64,000 nt of DNA from Candidatus Latescibacterota bacterium. GTDB taxonomy: Bacteria; Krumholzibacteriota; Krumholzibacteriia; WVZY01; JAKEHA01. Within the stretch, counting starts at the first letter, position 1; each line of letters begins with the position of its first letter. The DNA is taken from positions 1,568,001 through 1,632,000 of the forward strand of contig OY970173.1 of the NCBI GenBank assembly GCA_963707635.1. The letters run 5' to 3'. The notes below the pieces were generated by a model that was not told where the DNA came from, ran no database searches, and saw only the letters and a list, made by a program, of their open reading frames with translations. A program made the position numbers and the translations under genes. Positions 11,897 to 23,426 of this stretch are shown here, one piece after another.

Positions 11897-12625
11897 GTGA
11901 ACGTGCGCGCCGTTTTCATTCGACTCCTCGTCTTCGGCGGTTTGTTCGTCGTCGGCGTGCTGGTGTTCAACTTCATCGTCATGCCGATGCTGGTGCACCA
12001 GAGCGGTGCGGTCATCGTGCCCGACCTGCGCAACTCGAGCGAGGTTCAGGCCGGTCAGACGCTCGCCCGGCTGGGACTGGTCCTCAAGGTCGACCGCAGC
12101 GAGCACGACCCCCAGGTTCCGACGGGCTACATCGTTTCGCAGACGCCGCGCGCGAACGAGAACCTCAAGCCGGGCCGCACCGTCGTGGTCATTACGAGCC
12201 TGGGGCCGCGCACGCACCAGGTGCCCGAGGTCAAGGGGATGACGCTGCGCCAGAGCCGGAGCGTGCTCGAGCACGCGGGCCTGGTCGTGGGCCGGGTGGT
12301 GAAGGTGGCGCGCGCGGGGGCGACGCGCGAGGAAGTGCTCGCCACCTGCCCGCCGGTCGGGGAGGATGTGCGCGAAGGCGAACCGGTGGACGTGGCGCTG
12401 TCGGTGGTCGGCGCCGCCGCGTCGTATCTGATGCCCGACTTCACCGCGCAGGATCTGTTCTTCGCGCGCGAGCGCCTGGAGCGCAGCGGGTTTCGCGTGG
12501 GGTCGGTGCGCTACGAGGCGCGGGAGGGCGTGTTTCCCAATACCGTGATCGACCAGCGTCCCCGTCCCGGGGCGCGGATACGCGAGGGAGAGTCGATTGA
12601 GCTGGTTGCATCTAGTTCCCGCTGA
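11897..12625 (+). CDS. PASTA domain protein (TM + 3 PASTA repeats, no kinase domain)
   Basis: Hydrophobic N-terminus then VPDL, VPEV and MPDF repeats with SQTP/DQRP motifs; lies between fmt and rpe. Confidence 0.85.
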   Translation: MNVRAVFIRLLVFGGLFVVGVLVFNFIVMPMLVHQSGAVIVPDLRNSSEVQAGQTLARLGLVLKVDRSEHDPQVPTGYIVSQTPRANENLKPGRTVVVITSLGPRTHQVPEVKGMTLRQSRSVLEHAGLVVGRVVKVARAGATREEVLATCPPVGEDVREGEPVDVALSVVGAAASYLMPDFTAQDLFFARERLERSGFRVGSVRYEAREGVFPNTVIDQRPRPGARIREGESIELVASSSR

Positions 12626-13295
12626 GCGCGCGGGTGCCTCGACCGAACGCGTCGCCGTCGCGCCGAGTCTGTTGGCGTGCGACTTTTCCCGCCTGGGCGA
12701 AGAAATCCGGGCGGTGGAGCGCGCCGGCGTCGAGATGCTCCACCTGGATGTAATGGACGGGCACTTCGTGCGCAACATCACCTTCGGCCCGCCGCTCGTG
12801 CAGGCCGTCGATCGCGTGGCCACGGTCCCGCTGGACACCCATTTGATGATCGAACATCCGGATCGCTATCTGGGCGCGTTTCTCGACGCGGGCGCCGACA
12901 TCCTCTCCATCCACGTCGAGGCGAGCGCCGACCCGCGCCGGGACCTGCGCGCGATCCGCACGCGCGGGCGCAAGGCCGGCCTGGCGTTCAACCCCGACAC
13001 CGCGCTCGAGGACGTCGAACCGTTCTGGGAGGAGCTCGATCTGCTGCTGGTGATGAGCGTGGTCCCCGGGTTCGGCGGCCAGAGCTTCATCGATTCGGTC
13101 CTCGCGGACGTGGAAAAGGCCGCCGCGATCCGGTCGCGCCTGGGGCTCACCTTCGCGATCGAGATCGACGGGGGGGTGGGACCCGAGTCGGCCCGGCGCG
13201 CCCGGGCGGCCGGGGCGGACGTGCTGGTGGCGGGGACCTCCATCTTCAAGAGCCCGGACTACGCGGCGTCGATCCGGGATCTGCGGGGTCCATAG
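12597..13295 (+). CDS. rpe: Ribulose-phosphate 3-epimerase
   Basis: APSLLACDF, HLDVMDGHFV.NITFG, MSVVPGFGGQ, IEIDGG; exact start uncertain. Confidence 0.96.
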   Translation: MSWLHLVPAERAGASTERVAVAPSLLACDFSRLGEEIRAVERAGVEMLHLDVMDGHFVRNITFGPPLVQAVDRVATVPLDTHLMIEHPDRYLGAFLDAGADILSIHVEASADPRRDLRAIRTRGRKAGLAFNPDTALEDVEPFWEELDLLLVMSVVPGFGGQSFIDSVLADVEKAAAIRSRLGLTFAIEIDGGVGPESARRARAAGADVLVAGTSIFKSPDYAASIRDLRGP

Positions 13296-13522
13296 GGCCC
13301 GGCGCGGGGCGCGCGCCGGAGCGCCTAACGCGCCCTCATTTTGGGACTTGCGCGGCCCGGCGCGGGTCTGCTACGCTCCCACGCTTACGAGCGCATGCGC
13401 CGCAGGTGACCGGGATGGCGTCCCGGGTCCCGAGCCCACCCGTTTCGCACCGAACGAAGAGTCCAGCGGGTCCACCACGGTAACCGGAGCGACGACGCGC
13501 GGTTTGCGGTGACACCGCGCGT

Positions 13523-14847
<1,325 letters not shown>

Positions 14848-14875
14848 GTCGGCACACACGTTGGAGGTGTCTGGA

Positions 14876-15286
14876 TTGTCGGTGAAAATCAGAATGAAGC
14901 GAATGGGCACGAAGAAGCGCCCGTTCTATCGCATCGTGGCGACGGATTCGCGCAATCGCCGTGACGGACGGTTCATCGAGGAGCTGGGTTACTACGACCC
15001 GCTCACCAACCCGCCGGCCGTCAAACTGAACGAAGATCTCTTCTTCAAGTGGATGAAGTGCGGCGCGATCCCGTCCGAGAACGTCGAGAGTCTGCTCCGG
15101 CGCACGGGCACGATGAAGAAGTGGTTGCTCGTGAAAGAGGGCGTGAAGACGGACCAGCTGGTGGAGAAGTCGGCAGCGCTCAAGTCGACAGAGACGCAGG
15201 GCTCGAGCCCCGACGAACGGCGGGCGAAGTTCAAGCAGCGGAAGGCCGCGAAGAAGTCGGCGCCCGCGCCGGCCGAGAGCGCGTAG
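14876..15286 (+). CDS. rpsP: 30S ribosomal protein S16
   Basis: TTG start after GGAGGT RBS; VKIRMKRMG.KKRPFYRIV..DSR..RDGRFIE.LGYYDP. Confidence 0.96.
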   Translation: MSVKIRMKRMGTKKRPFYRIVATDSRNRRDGRFIEELGYYDPLTNPPAVKLNEDLFFKWMKCGAIPSENVESLLRRTGTMKKWLLVKEGVKTDQLVEKSAALKSTETQGSSPDERRAKFKQRKAAKKSAPAPAESA

Positions 15287-15325
15287 CCGCCGGACCCGGG
15301 GGATCCCTCCGACCGGAAGCGCACC

Positions 15326-15580
15326 ATGCCGGACGCCAGCAGGCAGTCGATCCACGCCCTGATCGAGTACGTCGCCACGTCGCTGGTGGGCGACCGCAAG
15401 GCGGTCAAGGTGACGGAGGCGAACAAGGAGGGCTACATCGTGATGGAGCTCACCGTCAGCCCCGACGACCTCGGCAAGGTGATAGGAAAGAACGGGCAGA
15501 CCGCGCGCGCGATTCGCACCCTGGTCAACGCGGCGGCGAGCAAGGCGGGCGAGAAGATCATCTTCGAGATCCGGGAGTAG
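15326..15580 (+). CDS. khpA: KH domain RNA-binding protein
   Basis: DDLGKVIGKNGQTARAIRTL; between rpsP and rimM. Confidence 0.92.
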   Translation: MPDASRQSIHALIEYVATSLVGDRKAVKVTEANKEGYIVMELTVSPDDLGKVIGKNGQTARAIRTLVNAAASKAGEKIIFEIRE

Positions 15581-16102
15581 ATGGACGGTTTCCTTTTTCT
15601 CGGGCGCTTCGTGAAGGCGCAGGGCCTGCGCGGCGAGCTGAAACTGTACGCGTCGGACGACTTCTGGTACGAGGTGCTGGAGTCGAAGGAACTGTGGCTG
15701 GAGCACCCGCACGCCGATGACGTCGAACGGCGGCCGGTGCGCATCGAGAGTTCGCGGCCCCACCAGGCGCAGTACGTGGTCAAGCTCGAGGGCGTCGATG
15801 ACCGCACGCAGGCGGAAGCGGAAGTCGGCGGCAACCTGTTCGTGGACCTGACCCGCCTCGACGTGGAGCTGCCGGACCGCATCCTGCCGTTCCAGGTCAT
15901 CGGGTCGGTGGTGCGCACGGAAGACGGCCGCGTCATCGGGCGCGTCAGCAACGTGCTGCACTCGTCGGCGCAGGAGGTCTACGAGGTGACCGGAGAGACG
16001 GGCGCGGTGCTGATCCCCGCGGTCCCGGCCTTCATCGTGGGGCGCGATACCGAACGCGGCGAGATCACGGTGCGGCCGATACCAGGCCTGCTCGACGGGT
16101 GA
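15581..16102 (+). CDS. rimM: Ribosome maturation factor RimM
   Basis: GRFVKAQGLRGE, LIPAVPAFI, PGLLD; gene order. Confidence 0.92.
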   Translation: MDGFLFLGRFVKAQGLRGELKLYASDDFWYEVLESKELWLEHPHADDVERRPVRIESSRPHQAQYVVKLEGVDDRTQAEAEVGGNLFVDLTRLDVELPDRILPFQVIGSVVRTEDGRVIGRVSNVLHSSAQEVYEVTGETGAVLIPAVPAFIVGRDTERGEITVRPIPGLLDG

Positions 16103-16803
16103 GTCCGGTGCGCATCAACGTGGTGACGATCTTCCCGGAAACGATGGACGCGATCTTCGCGACCGGGATGCTGGCGGTGGCCGGCAAGAAGGGGATCGTC
16201 GAGTACCGGACGGTCTCACCGCGCGCGTTCGCGGCGGACGTGCACCGCACCGTGGACGACACGCCCTTCGGGGGCGGCCCCGGCATGGTGATGATGGCCC
16301 CGCCGATCGTGGAGGCGGTGGAGAGCCTCGGTGCCCGGCCCGGCAGCCCGGTGATCCTGATGAGCCCGGCGGGCGCGCGCTTCGACCAGGACGCGGCGCA
16401 CCGGCTGGCGAAGGAAACGGAGCTCACGTTCATCTGCGGGCGCTACAAGGGTGTCGACGAGCGCGTACGCGAGCTGGTCGTCACCGAGGAAATATCGATC
16501 GGCGACTTCGTCTTGAGCGGCGGAGAGATCGCCGCCGCGGCGGTGATCGAGGCGGTCGTGAGGCTCCAGGCCGACGTGCTGGGCAACGAAGAGTCGGGAG
16601 CCACGGACTCGTTCGCGGCGGGGCGCGACCGGCTCCTGGACTGCGCGTGGTACACCCGCCCCGCCGAGTACCGGGGGTTCAAGGCGCCGGAGGTGCTGTT
16701 GTCCGGCCACCACGCCGAGATCGAGAAGTGGCGGCGCCGTTCGTCGCTGGACCGCACGCGACGGTATCGACCGGACTTGATCGACAACGAGAAGATTTCG
16801 TAG
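16099..16803 (+). CDS. trmD: tRNA (guanine37-N1)-methyltransferase
   Basis: VDDTPFGGGPGMV, CGRYKGVDER, SIGDFVLSGGE, YTRP. Confidence 0.97.
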   Translation: MSPVRINVVTIFPETMDAIFATGMLAVAGKKGIVEYRTVSPRAFAADVHRTVDDTPFGGGPGMVMMAPPIVEAVESLGARPGSPVILMSPAGARFDQDAAHRLAKETELTFICGRYKGVDERVRELVVTEEISIGDFVLSGGEIAAAAVIEAVVRLQADVLGNEESGATDSFAAGRDRLLDCAWYTRPAEYRGFKAPEVLLSGHHAEIEKWRRRSSLDRTRRYRPDLIDNEKIS

Positions 16804-16830
16804 CAGAATGCTTCCAAGGAGGGCAGTTCC

Positions 16831-17190
16831 GTGAACATCATCGACCGCATCGAGCAGCGCCAGTTTTCGAAGAGGGCGCACGACTTTCGCGTGGGCGACA
16901 CCGTCAAGGTCATGGTACGCGTCGTCGAAGGCAACAAGGAGCGCGAGCAGGCGTTCCAGGGAGTCGTGATCAAGCAGAACGGGCGCGGCATCGGCGAGAC
17001 CTTCACGGTCCGCAAGGTGACATCGGGAGTGGGCGTCGAGCGCGTGTTTCCCATCCATTCTCCCAACGTGACCTCGATCGTCGTGATGCGTACGGGTCGC
17101 GCGCGTCGTGCCAAGCTCTACTATCTGAGGAAGCGCGTTGGCAAATCGGCTCGCATCCAGGAACGGCGAGAGGAAAAAGGCGCCGAGTAG
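16831..17190 (+). CDS. rplS: 50S ribosomal protein L19
   Basis: [36 protein letters not shown]. Confidence 0.98.
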   Translation: MNIIDRIEQRQFSKRAHDFRVGDTVKVMVRVVEGNKEREQAFQGVVIKQNGRGIGETFTVRKVTSGVGVERVFPIHSPNVTSIVVMRTGRARRAKLYYLRKRVGKSARIQERREEKGAE

Positions 17191-17869
17191 GCCGCGCGCG
17201 CGGCGCGCGCCGGCCGACGGCGCCGACGCCGAGGCGGCCCTGCGCGACCGCTTCCGATCGCTGGTCGACTTCGACCGCGGTTTCGCGTCGCCGGGGCGCG
17301 TGATCGCCGGCGTCGACGAAGCCGGGCGCGGGGCGCTGGCTGGACCGGTGGTGTCCGCCGCCGTGGTGCTGCGCGACGACTTTGACCTCGTCCGCGTCTA
17401 CGATTCCAAGGCGGTCCGCGAAGGCGACCGCGAGGCGCTCTTTCGCGACATCGTGGCCTCCTCCGTCTCCGTCGGCATCTCCTTCGGGCACCCCTCCCTC
17501 ATCGACCGCGAGAACATTCTCTGCACCACTCTAATGACCATGCACCGCGCCGTGGCCGCGCTGCGCGTCGACGTGGGTCTGGTGCTGGTCGACGGGCGCG
17601 AGTCCTTCCAGTGGGCCGGACGGCTGATCCCGGTGGTCAAGGGCGACTCGAAGAGCCTCTCGGTGGCGGCGGCGTCGATCGTCGCCAAGGTCGCGCGCGA
17701 CCGGCTGATGCGCCGCCTGCACCGCCGTTACCCGTGCTATCACTTCGACCACAACAAGGGGTACGGCACCGCGGAACACCTGGCCGCCATCGCGACCCAC
17801 GGCGCGGCCGACGTCCACCGGCGGACGTTCCTCGCAAAAATCGTTGAAAACAACCTGTCGATGTTCTAA
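17138..17869 (+). CDS. rnhB: Ribonuclease HII
   Basis: [43 protein letters not shown]; start uncertain because it overlaps rplS. Confidence 0.95.
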   Translation: MANRLASRNGERKKAPSRPRARRAPADGADAEAALRDRFRSLVDFDRGFASPGRVIAGVDEAGRGALAGPVVSAAVVLRDDFDLVRVYDSKAVREGDREALFRDIVASSVSVGISFGHPSLIDRENILCTTLMTMHRAVAALRVDVGLVLVDGRESFQWAGRLIPVVKGDSKSLSVAAASIVAKVARDRLMRRLHRRYPCYHFDHNKGYGTAEHLAAIATHGAADVHRRTFLAKIVENNLSMF

Positions 17870-17900
17870 CTATATACGGGGGTTGTGGGGAGGGGTGGCG

Positions 17901-18254
17901 ATGAATACTCGACAGCACGGCGGATGGGGCGAACAGATCGCGGCGGCGTTTCTTCGCCTGAAGGGCTACGAGATCCTGGAAGCGAACGCGCGGTTCGCCC
18001 GGCGCGAAGTGGACCTGCTGGCGCGCGATGGCGTCTCGCTGGTGGTGGTGGAGGTGAAGCTGCGCCGCGGATCCCGGTTCGGCTCGGCGGTCGAGGCGAT
18101 CGATGGCCGCAAGCTCTCCCGCCTGCGGCTGGCGCTCGCGGGGTTCGCCCGCGAGGCGGACCCGGAACTGGTGCCGCGCATCGACGTGGTCACCATCGAC
18201 GTCGACGAGACGGGCGACCGCATGACGGTGGAGCACTACGTCGGCGTCTCCTGA
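17901..18254 (+). CDS. yraN: YraN family endonuclease-like protein
   Basis: G..GEQIAAAFL..KGY.I..AN, EVDL, VEVK.R, RIDV. Confidence 0.9.
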   Translation: MNTRQHGGWGEQIAAAFLRLKGYEILEANARFARREVDLLARDGVSLVVVEVKLRRGSRFGSAVEAIDGRKLSRLRLALAGFAREADPELVPRIDVVTIDVDETGDRMTVEHYVGVS

Positions 18255-18321
18255 AATGCCCCGGTAACTGACACGAATCGTCGGCCGGCCCCGGCCGAGG
18301 ATCTTTTCGAGGTGATGGCGG

Positions 18322-18921
18322 TTGAGAAAGTTGGCGTGGATCGCCGTGGCGCTGGTCGCGACGGTTGCCTGCTCGACGGTGAAGAATGTCGTCGTCAAAG
18401 ACATTCCGCTCGAGGAGCAGGAGGTCATTCTCAAGGAGTACAAGGACCGGTACGTGTGGACGCGCTCCGTCATCGAGGACATGGGCGAAGGCGGTTCCAT
18501 CCCGCGCGACGAGAAGGTCAAGATCGTTGACGTCGGGCTGGTCCTCAACGGGTCCGTGACACTCGAGACCCTCAAGAAGAAGAACCGGATTGTGAAGGGG
18601 CTCGAGATCGAGCGCCCGCTCAACAAGGCGAAGATCGACGCCAAGCTGGCGGAGCTCCTGTTCTTCGAGGATCCGACCATCCGGCACATCGGCTACGTTC
18701 GCAAGTACGGCAAAAAGACCGCGACCGCCATCATGGACCACGAGCTCTACGCGGGCATGCAGGCCGAGGCCGTGATCGAATCGTGGGGACAGCCGGCGCG
18801 CAAGGTGGTCAGCGAGGCGAGCGGATCGGTCACCGAGCAGTGGGCGTACCCGACCCCGAACGCGAGCCGAAGCCGCTACGTCTATCTCAAGAACGGCAAA
18901 GTTGAGAAGTGGGACGAGTAG
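18322..18921 (+). CDS. Putative lipoprotein; C-terminus SmpA/BamE-like
   Basis: TTG start, lipobox VATVAC; GMQAEAVIESWGQP...EQWAY motif. Confidence 0.7.
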   Translation: MRKLAWIAVALVATVACSTVKNVVVKDIPLEEQEVILKEYKDRYVWTRSVIEDMGEGGSIPRDEKVKIVDVGLVLNGSVTLETLKKKNRIVKGLEIERPLNKAKIDAKLAELLFFEDPTIRHIGYVRKYGKKTATAIMDHELYAGMQAEAVIESWGQPARKVVSEASGSVTEQWAYPTPNASRSRYVYLKNGKVEKWDE

Positions 18922-18946
18922 CCCAGTAGCTGCATAGTTGTTTCGC

Positions 18947-18984
18947 AATACGGGCGCCCGGCAGCGGGCGCCCGTATTCTTTTT
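18947..18984 (+). terminator. Intrinsic terminator
   Basis: 14-bp stem AATACGGGCGCCCG/CGGGCGCCCGTATT followed by CTTTTT, between convergent genes. Confidence 0.8.
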
Positions 18985-19019
18985 GGAGCAGGACGAAGTA
19001 GTGTTCCAGTGGAGGGACG

Positions 19020-20852
19020 CTACCAGGTCGCGGGAATCACGCGGAGCACTTCCTCCCACGTCGTCTTGCCAGCCAGGAGCTTTCCCGTTGCGTTGCTCAT
19101 GAGCGGTTCCGCTCCGTCGCGGCGGACGGCCTGCACGATGTCGGCTTCGTCGGCGCCGTCGCGGATCATCACGCGCACGCGGTCGCTGATCTCCACGACC
19201 TCGAAGGCGGCGGTGCGGCCGAAATAACCCGTCCGCCGGCACTTCTCGCACCCCGCTCCGCGCACGACCCCGGACCGGTCCAGCGCCGGGTCGCTGATGC
19301 CCAGGAGCTGCGCCGTCTCGTCCGTCAGTTCGGCGCTCTCCGCGCACGCCGGGCACACGACGCGCAGCAGACGCTGCGCGATCAATCCAATCACCGTCGA
19401 TGCAATCAGGAAGCGCTCGATCCCGAGGTCGGTCAGGCGCGTGATGGCGCCGATCGCGGTGTTGGTGTGGAGGGTCGAGAACACCAGGTGCCCGGTCAGC
19501 GCGGCCTGGACGGCGTAGCGTGCGGTCTCGGAGTCGCGAATCTCGCCGACCATGATGATGTCCGGGTCCTGGCGAAGCACACTGCGCAGCGCGTTGGCGA
19601 ACGAGATCCCCACCGATTCCTGCACCGCGATCTGGTTGAACGGCTCGTGCACCATTTCGATCGGGTCTTCGATGGTGATGATGTTGACCTCCGGTGAGGT
19701 GATGCACTGGAGCGACGAATACAGCGTCGTGGTCTTTCCGCTTCCGGTCGGCCCCGTCACCAGGATGATTCCGTGGGGTCTCCGGAGCAGGCGCTCATAA
19801 GAGGCCCGCTGCGTGGGGGTGAACCCGAGCGCCTGGACGTCCTGCAGCAGGATGGTGGGGTCGAAGATGCGGATCACCAGCTTCTCGCCGAACGCGACCG
19901 GCACGGTCGACACGCGCAGCTCGACCTCCGCCTCCTTGTGGGCGGTCTTGATGCGCCCGTCCTGCGGGCGCCGCTTCTCGGCGATGTCGAGGCGCGCCAT
20001 GATCTTCAAACGCGAGACGAACGACGGGTAGACCTGCCGGGGAATCGAATAGGTGTCGTGCAGGCGCCCGTCGATGCGCAGGCGCACGATCGAGCGTTCC
20101 CGCTTGGGTTCGATATGGATGTCGCTCGCGCGCTGTTCGAAGGCGTACTGCAGGAGCAGGTCCACGGCGCGGACGATGTGCTGGTCGGAGCTGCTGGTCT
20201 CCTCGTTGACGCCGATCTCGACCAGCTGTTCGAGGTTGCCGAGGTCGACCGAGGCCAGGCGCTGCTTCTCCGCTTTCTGCATGCTGCGCTCGAAGGCGAA
20301 CAGCTCGTTGATGGTCTTGAGGATCTCCGCGCGCAGGCCCAGCACGGGCTCGACGCGGAACCCGGTGGTGTGTTCGATGTTGTTCAGCGCCGCGCGATCA
20401 AACGGATTCACCATCGCGACGGTGAGATACGGTCCGTCGAGACGGATCGGGACGATCAGATGTTTCTGGGCAAACGGTTTGGAGACGATGGCCGCGAGCG
20501 CGCGCACGTCGAGCTTCAGCGGGTCGATCTTCGCGAACGCGGTCCCGGTCGCCTCGCCGAAATGCCGGCAGACTTCCTCTTCGTCGAGGCACTCGCGGCG
20601 CGGGTTGGTGCTGGGAAACTTGAAGGCCGCGATGACTTCGAGCGGGGAAGGATTACCGCCGAGTCCGCGCTCGCGCCACGCGGCGATCATGGCCGCGAGG
20701 CGCGCTGCCCCCTGCGTGCGCACGACGGCAGCCTGACCGGCGTCCAGGATATTGCGCTCCACCAGGAGCGCGGTCACGCGCTCGAGGTCGAACGCGTCGG
20801 CCCGGCGCGCGGGAAGGCCCGGAGCGGGCGGAGTCTTGGGAGTCGTACTCAT
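19020..20852 (-). CDS. GspE/PilB family secretion/pilus assembly ATPase
   Basis: ASDIHIEP, LDIAEKRRPQDG, GPTGSGKTTTLY, EDPIE, LRQDPDIIMVGEIRD, TGHLVFSTLH, CPAC..CEKC zinc motif. Confidence 0.95.
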   Translation of the reverse strand: MSTTPKTPPAPGLPARRADAFDLERVTALLVERNILDAGQAAVVRTQGAARLAAMIAAWRERGLGGNPSPLEVIAAFKFPSTNPRRECLDEEEVCRHFGEATGTAFAKIDPLKLDVRALAAIVSKPFAQKHLIVPIRLDGPYLTVAMVNPFDRAALNNIEHTTGFRVEPVLGLRAEILKTINELFAFERSMQKAEKQRLASVDLGNLEQLVEIGVNEETSSSDQHIVRAVDLLLQYAFEQRASDIHIEPKRERSIVRLRIDGRLHDTYSIPRQVYPSFVSRLKIMARLDIAEKRRPQDGRIKTAHKEAEVELRVSTVPVAFGEKLVIRIFDPTILLQDVQALGFTPTQRASYERLLRRPHGIILVTGPTGSGKTTTLYSSLQCITSPEVNIITIEDPIEMVHEPFNQIAVQESVGISFANALRSVLRQDPDIIMVGEIRDSETARYAVQAALTGHLVFSTLHTNTAIGAITRLTDLGIERFLIASTVIGLIAQRLLRVVCPACAESAELTDETAQLLGISDPALDRSGVVRGAGCEKCRRTGYFGRTAAFEVVEISDRVRVMIRDGADEADIVQAVRRDGAEPLMSNATGKLLAGKTTWEEVLRVIPATW

Positions 20853-20952
20853 CGTGCAGTGGTAACGAAATCACCAGCGCGCAGCTGTCATGAGGTTGAC
20901 GGCAACGACCGTGCCACGTTCGGGCCCCGCGCGTGGGCCGCGCGACGGCCGC

Positions 20953-21035
20953 CTCGCACGCTCCCCCGTCGCCGTCCTCCCGCGCACAATGCTGGTATGC
21001 GCGACTGCGGATTGGCTCCGGTGGGAGCGCACGAG
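20953..21035. repeat. ~83-nt intergenic hairpin element, copy 2
   Basis: CTCGCACGCTCCC...GGGAGCGCACGAG; same core as 10264-10347. Confidence 0.85.
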
Positions 21036-21238
21036 GCCCCCATCGTCGGGTGCCGCTTTCCTCAAGTAACTGACCGTCTTTGATAACGTTAGGGCACGAT
21101 GAACCACTGGTGGGAGGCCCGCGCCGCGCCCGCACGCGACGATCCCCAACTTGCAATTTGCAGGATCAATGTGATACAATAAGCACCAAGCATAACCGCC
21201 CTGCATCTATCGAGTTAGCATCACCAAGGAGTACGGGC

Positions 21239-21620
21239 ATGAAAAGGCTGTTGGGGGTATCCGCGCTGGTCCTCTTGATCGGTGCGCCCGCGTTCGCGGA
21301 AGTCATCTACTACTACGCTCCCGAAGTGACGGGGGAGCGAGCGCGGAAAAACATCCGCCATTTGCTCTTCATCGAGGACCTCGCGGGGGACATGAAGGCC
21401 GTCTATGACGAATACGGCTATACCCCGCATCGGATCCGCATCAACGGGTACGGGCAAATCCATGAGCAGTGGACGTACTACGAGCGCGGGCTCGTGTTCG
21501 AGTTCGATCAGTGCAGCAACCTGGTCGAGACCGGAACGGTGGCGCGGGAGCAGCCGGCGCGACTGGGCGTATCAGCGGGACGTTCGCGGCTACGACGAAG
21601 ACATTCCCTGCGACGAATAA
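21239..21620 (+). CDS. Small secreted hypothetical protein, one apparent +1 frameshift near 21554
   Basis: AAGGAG RBS and signal peptide MKRLLGVSALVLLIGAPAFA. Coding-like sequence continues in the next frame (RRDWAYQRDVRGYDEDIPCDE*), followed by a terminator. Confidence 0.65.
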
Positions 21621-21671
21621 GGGCGTGCGGCGCGATACGGTCCGTCTGGTTCGCGACTGGACGGCTCGGGA

Positions 21672-21715
21672 CAAGGAGGCCTTCTCAACCACGATCGGGC
21701 CTCCTTGCTTTTTTT
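21672..21715 (+). terminator. Intrinsic terminator
   Basis: Stem CAAGGAGGCC/GGCCTCCTTG followed by a T7 run. Confidence 0.75.
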
Positions 21716-21731
21716 AGGATAGACTCCCGCC

Positions 21732-23258
21732 ATGGCCATGCTCGTCATCACCGGCGCCCGCGTGTGGCGGGACGCCGGTCTCTTCGAAGAGCGTTCGATC
21801 TGGATTCGCGACGGCCGCGTCCTCGAGTTGACGCCGGGATCGGCGGCTCCGACCAACGAACGTGACGGCCTTCGCGTCGTGCCGTGGCCCGGGCGCTACA
21901 TCCTTCCGGGATTCGTCGACGCCCACACCCACCTCATGGCGATCGCCCACAAGGAGCTCCGGTGCGACTTGAGCGGCGCGCACAACGCCGCCGGCGTGGT
22001 CGAGCGGCTCTCCGCGTGGGCCTCGGCGCACGCAGGGGAGCCGGTGGTCGGGGTCGATTTCGACGAGGCCGCGTGGGAAGACGAGGCACTCCCCACCCGC
22101 GCCATGCTCAACGCGGTCAGCGAGACGCAGCCGGTCTACGCCCGGCGGGTGTGCTGTCACGCCGGGGTTGCCAACGACGCACTCTTATCGGCGCTTGCCA
22201 GCGACGCCCGCTTTGTGGACGCGGAGAGCGGACGCATCGTCGAGGACGCCGTCTTCGAAGCCAATCGTCTCACGCGCCCGCCGGCGGAAGGCGTGGTCGC
22301 GGCCATCGACGCTGCGATCGGCCGGCTCCACGCGCTCGGCATCACCGCCATCCACGATATCGTCGACCCCGACTCGATCGAGGTGTACGCGCGGGGCCTC
22401 TGCGCGTCCCGGCGCGCGCTCGGCATTACCGCCTTCCTGCACGTCGGCGCGAGCGAGTACGACGGCGCGGCCGCGCGCCTCGAGGAACGTTCCAACGGTC
22501 GCGCCCGGCCACTCGGAATCAAGATCTTCTCCGATGGGTCGCTGGGTGCGCGGACCGCGGCGCTCCACCAGCGCTACCACGACGCGGACACGACCGGCGA
22601 ACTGCTGGTCACGCGCGAGTCGCTTGCGCACGAATTCGCGGCCTGCGCGGAGAAGGGAATCGGGTGCGCCGTGCACGCCATCGGCGACCGCGCGCTGTCG
22701 ACCGTCCTCGACGCCGTCGACGACACCCGCGCGGCGCCGGCGCGGGTGCGCATCGAGCACGCCGAGGTGATCGGCGAAGAGGACGTGGAGCGGTGCGCGC
22801 GCCTGCGGGTGCCGCTGGTCATGCAGCCCAACTTCGTCCGCAACTGGGGTGGCGAGGGAGGGATGTACGCGGCGCGACTGGGGCCGGTGCGGTGGGCGCG
22901 ACAGAACCCGTACGCAACGCTGCTCCAGGCGGGGGTGTCGTTCGTGTTCAGCTCCGACGCGATGCCCCCCGGCCCGCTCTACGGGATCAAGGGTGCCACC
23001 CACCACGCGGTCGCGTCCGAGCGGATCGGACCCGCCCAGGCGATCCCCCGCTACACCGGGGCGATCTCGCCATGGCCTGGCCCGGCTGGCGGAGTCCTTG
23101 CACCGGGAGCGCCGGCGGACCTGGTGGTCCTGTCCGGGAATCCGATCCTGGCTGACCTCGACACGGTCCGGGTGGAATCCACGTTCGTCGCCGGTAACGA
23201 GGAGTATCGGGGAATTCCCGGACCTGGCCCGATAAGTCACTCGAAACGACGGCGCTAA
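21732..23258 (+). CDS. Amidohydrolase family 3 (YtcJ-like)
   Basis: PGFVDAHTH, KIFSDGSLGARTAAL, HAIGDRA, RIEHA, G.LAPGAPADLVVL. Confidence 0.9.
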   Translation: MAMLVITGARVWRDAGLFEERSIWIRDGRVLELTPGSAAPTNERDGLRVVPWPGRYILPGFVDAHTHLMAIAHKELRCDLSGAHNAAGVVERLSAWASAHAGEPVVGVDFDEAAWEDEALPTRAMLNAVSETQPVYARRVCCHAGVANDALLSALASDARFVDAESGRIVEDAVFEANRLTRPPAEGVVAAIDAAIGRLHALGITAIHDIVDPDSIEVYARGLCASRRALGITAFLHVGASEYDGAAARLEERSNGRARPLGIKIFSDGSLGARTAALHQRYHDADTTGELLVTRESLAHEFAACAEKGIGCAVHAIGDRALSTVLDAVDDTRAAPARVRIEHAEVIGEEDVERCARLRVPLVMQPNFVRNWGGEGGMYAARLGPVRWARQNPYATLLQAGVSFVFSSDAMPPGPLYGIKGATHHAVASERIGPAQAIPRYTGAISPWPGPAGGVLAPGAPADLVVLSGNPILADLDTVRVESTFVAGNEEYRGIPGPGPISHSKRRR

Positions 23259-23426
23259 TACATTGCATAAACTACTGTTAAACTATGTTGTCCGGTCGTC
23301 GCTGGGCGCTTGACACCGGTGTGGACGATCCCTTAGCGTTGGAACGAATCCAGCAATCGCGGGTGGGTGGTGAGGCACGGGTGGGCCGCACAACGCGAGG
23401 CGACTTCCCCTCTTGAAGGAGCAATC

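Noticed and set aside
13296..13522. SRP RNA (ffs) upstream of ffh
   Set aside because: GC-rich hairpins are present but I find no conserved domain IV CAGG..GGAA..AGCAG motif.
23259..23426. Lysine riboswitch upstream of lat
   Set aside because: No recognisable L-box sequence; only an AT-rich patch and a TTGACA promoter-like element.
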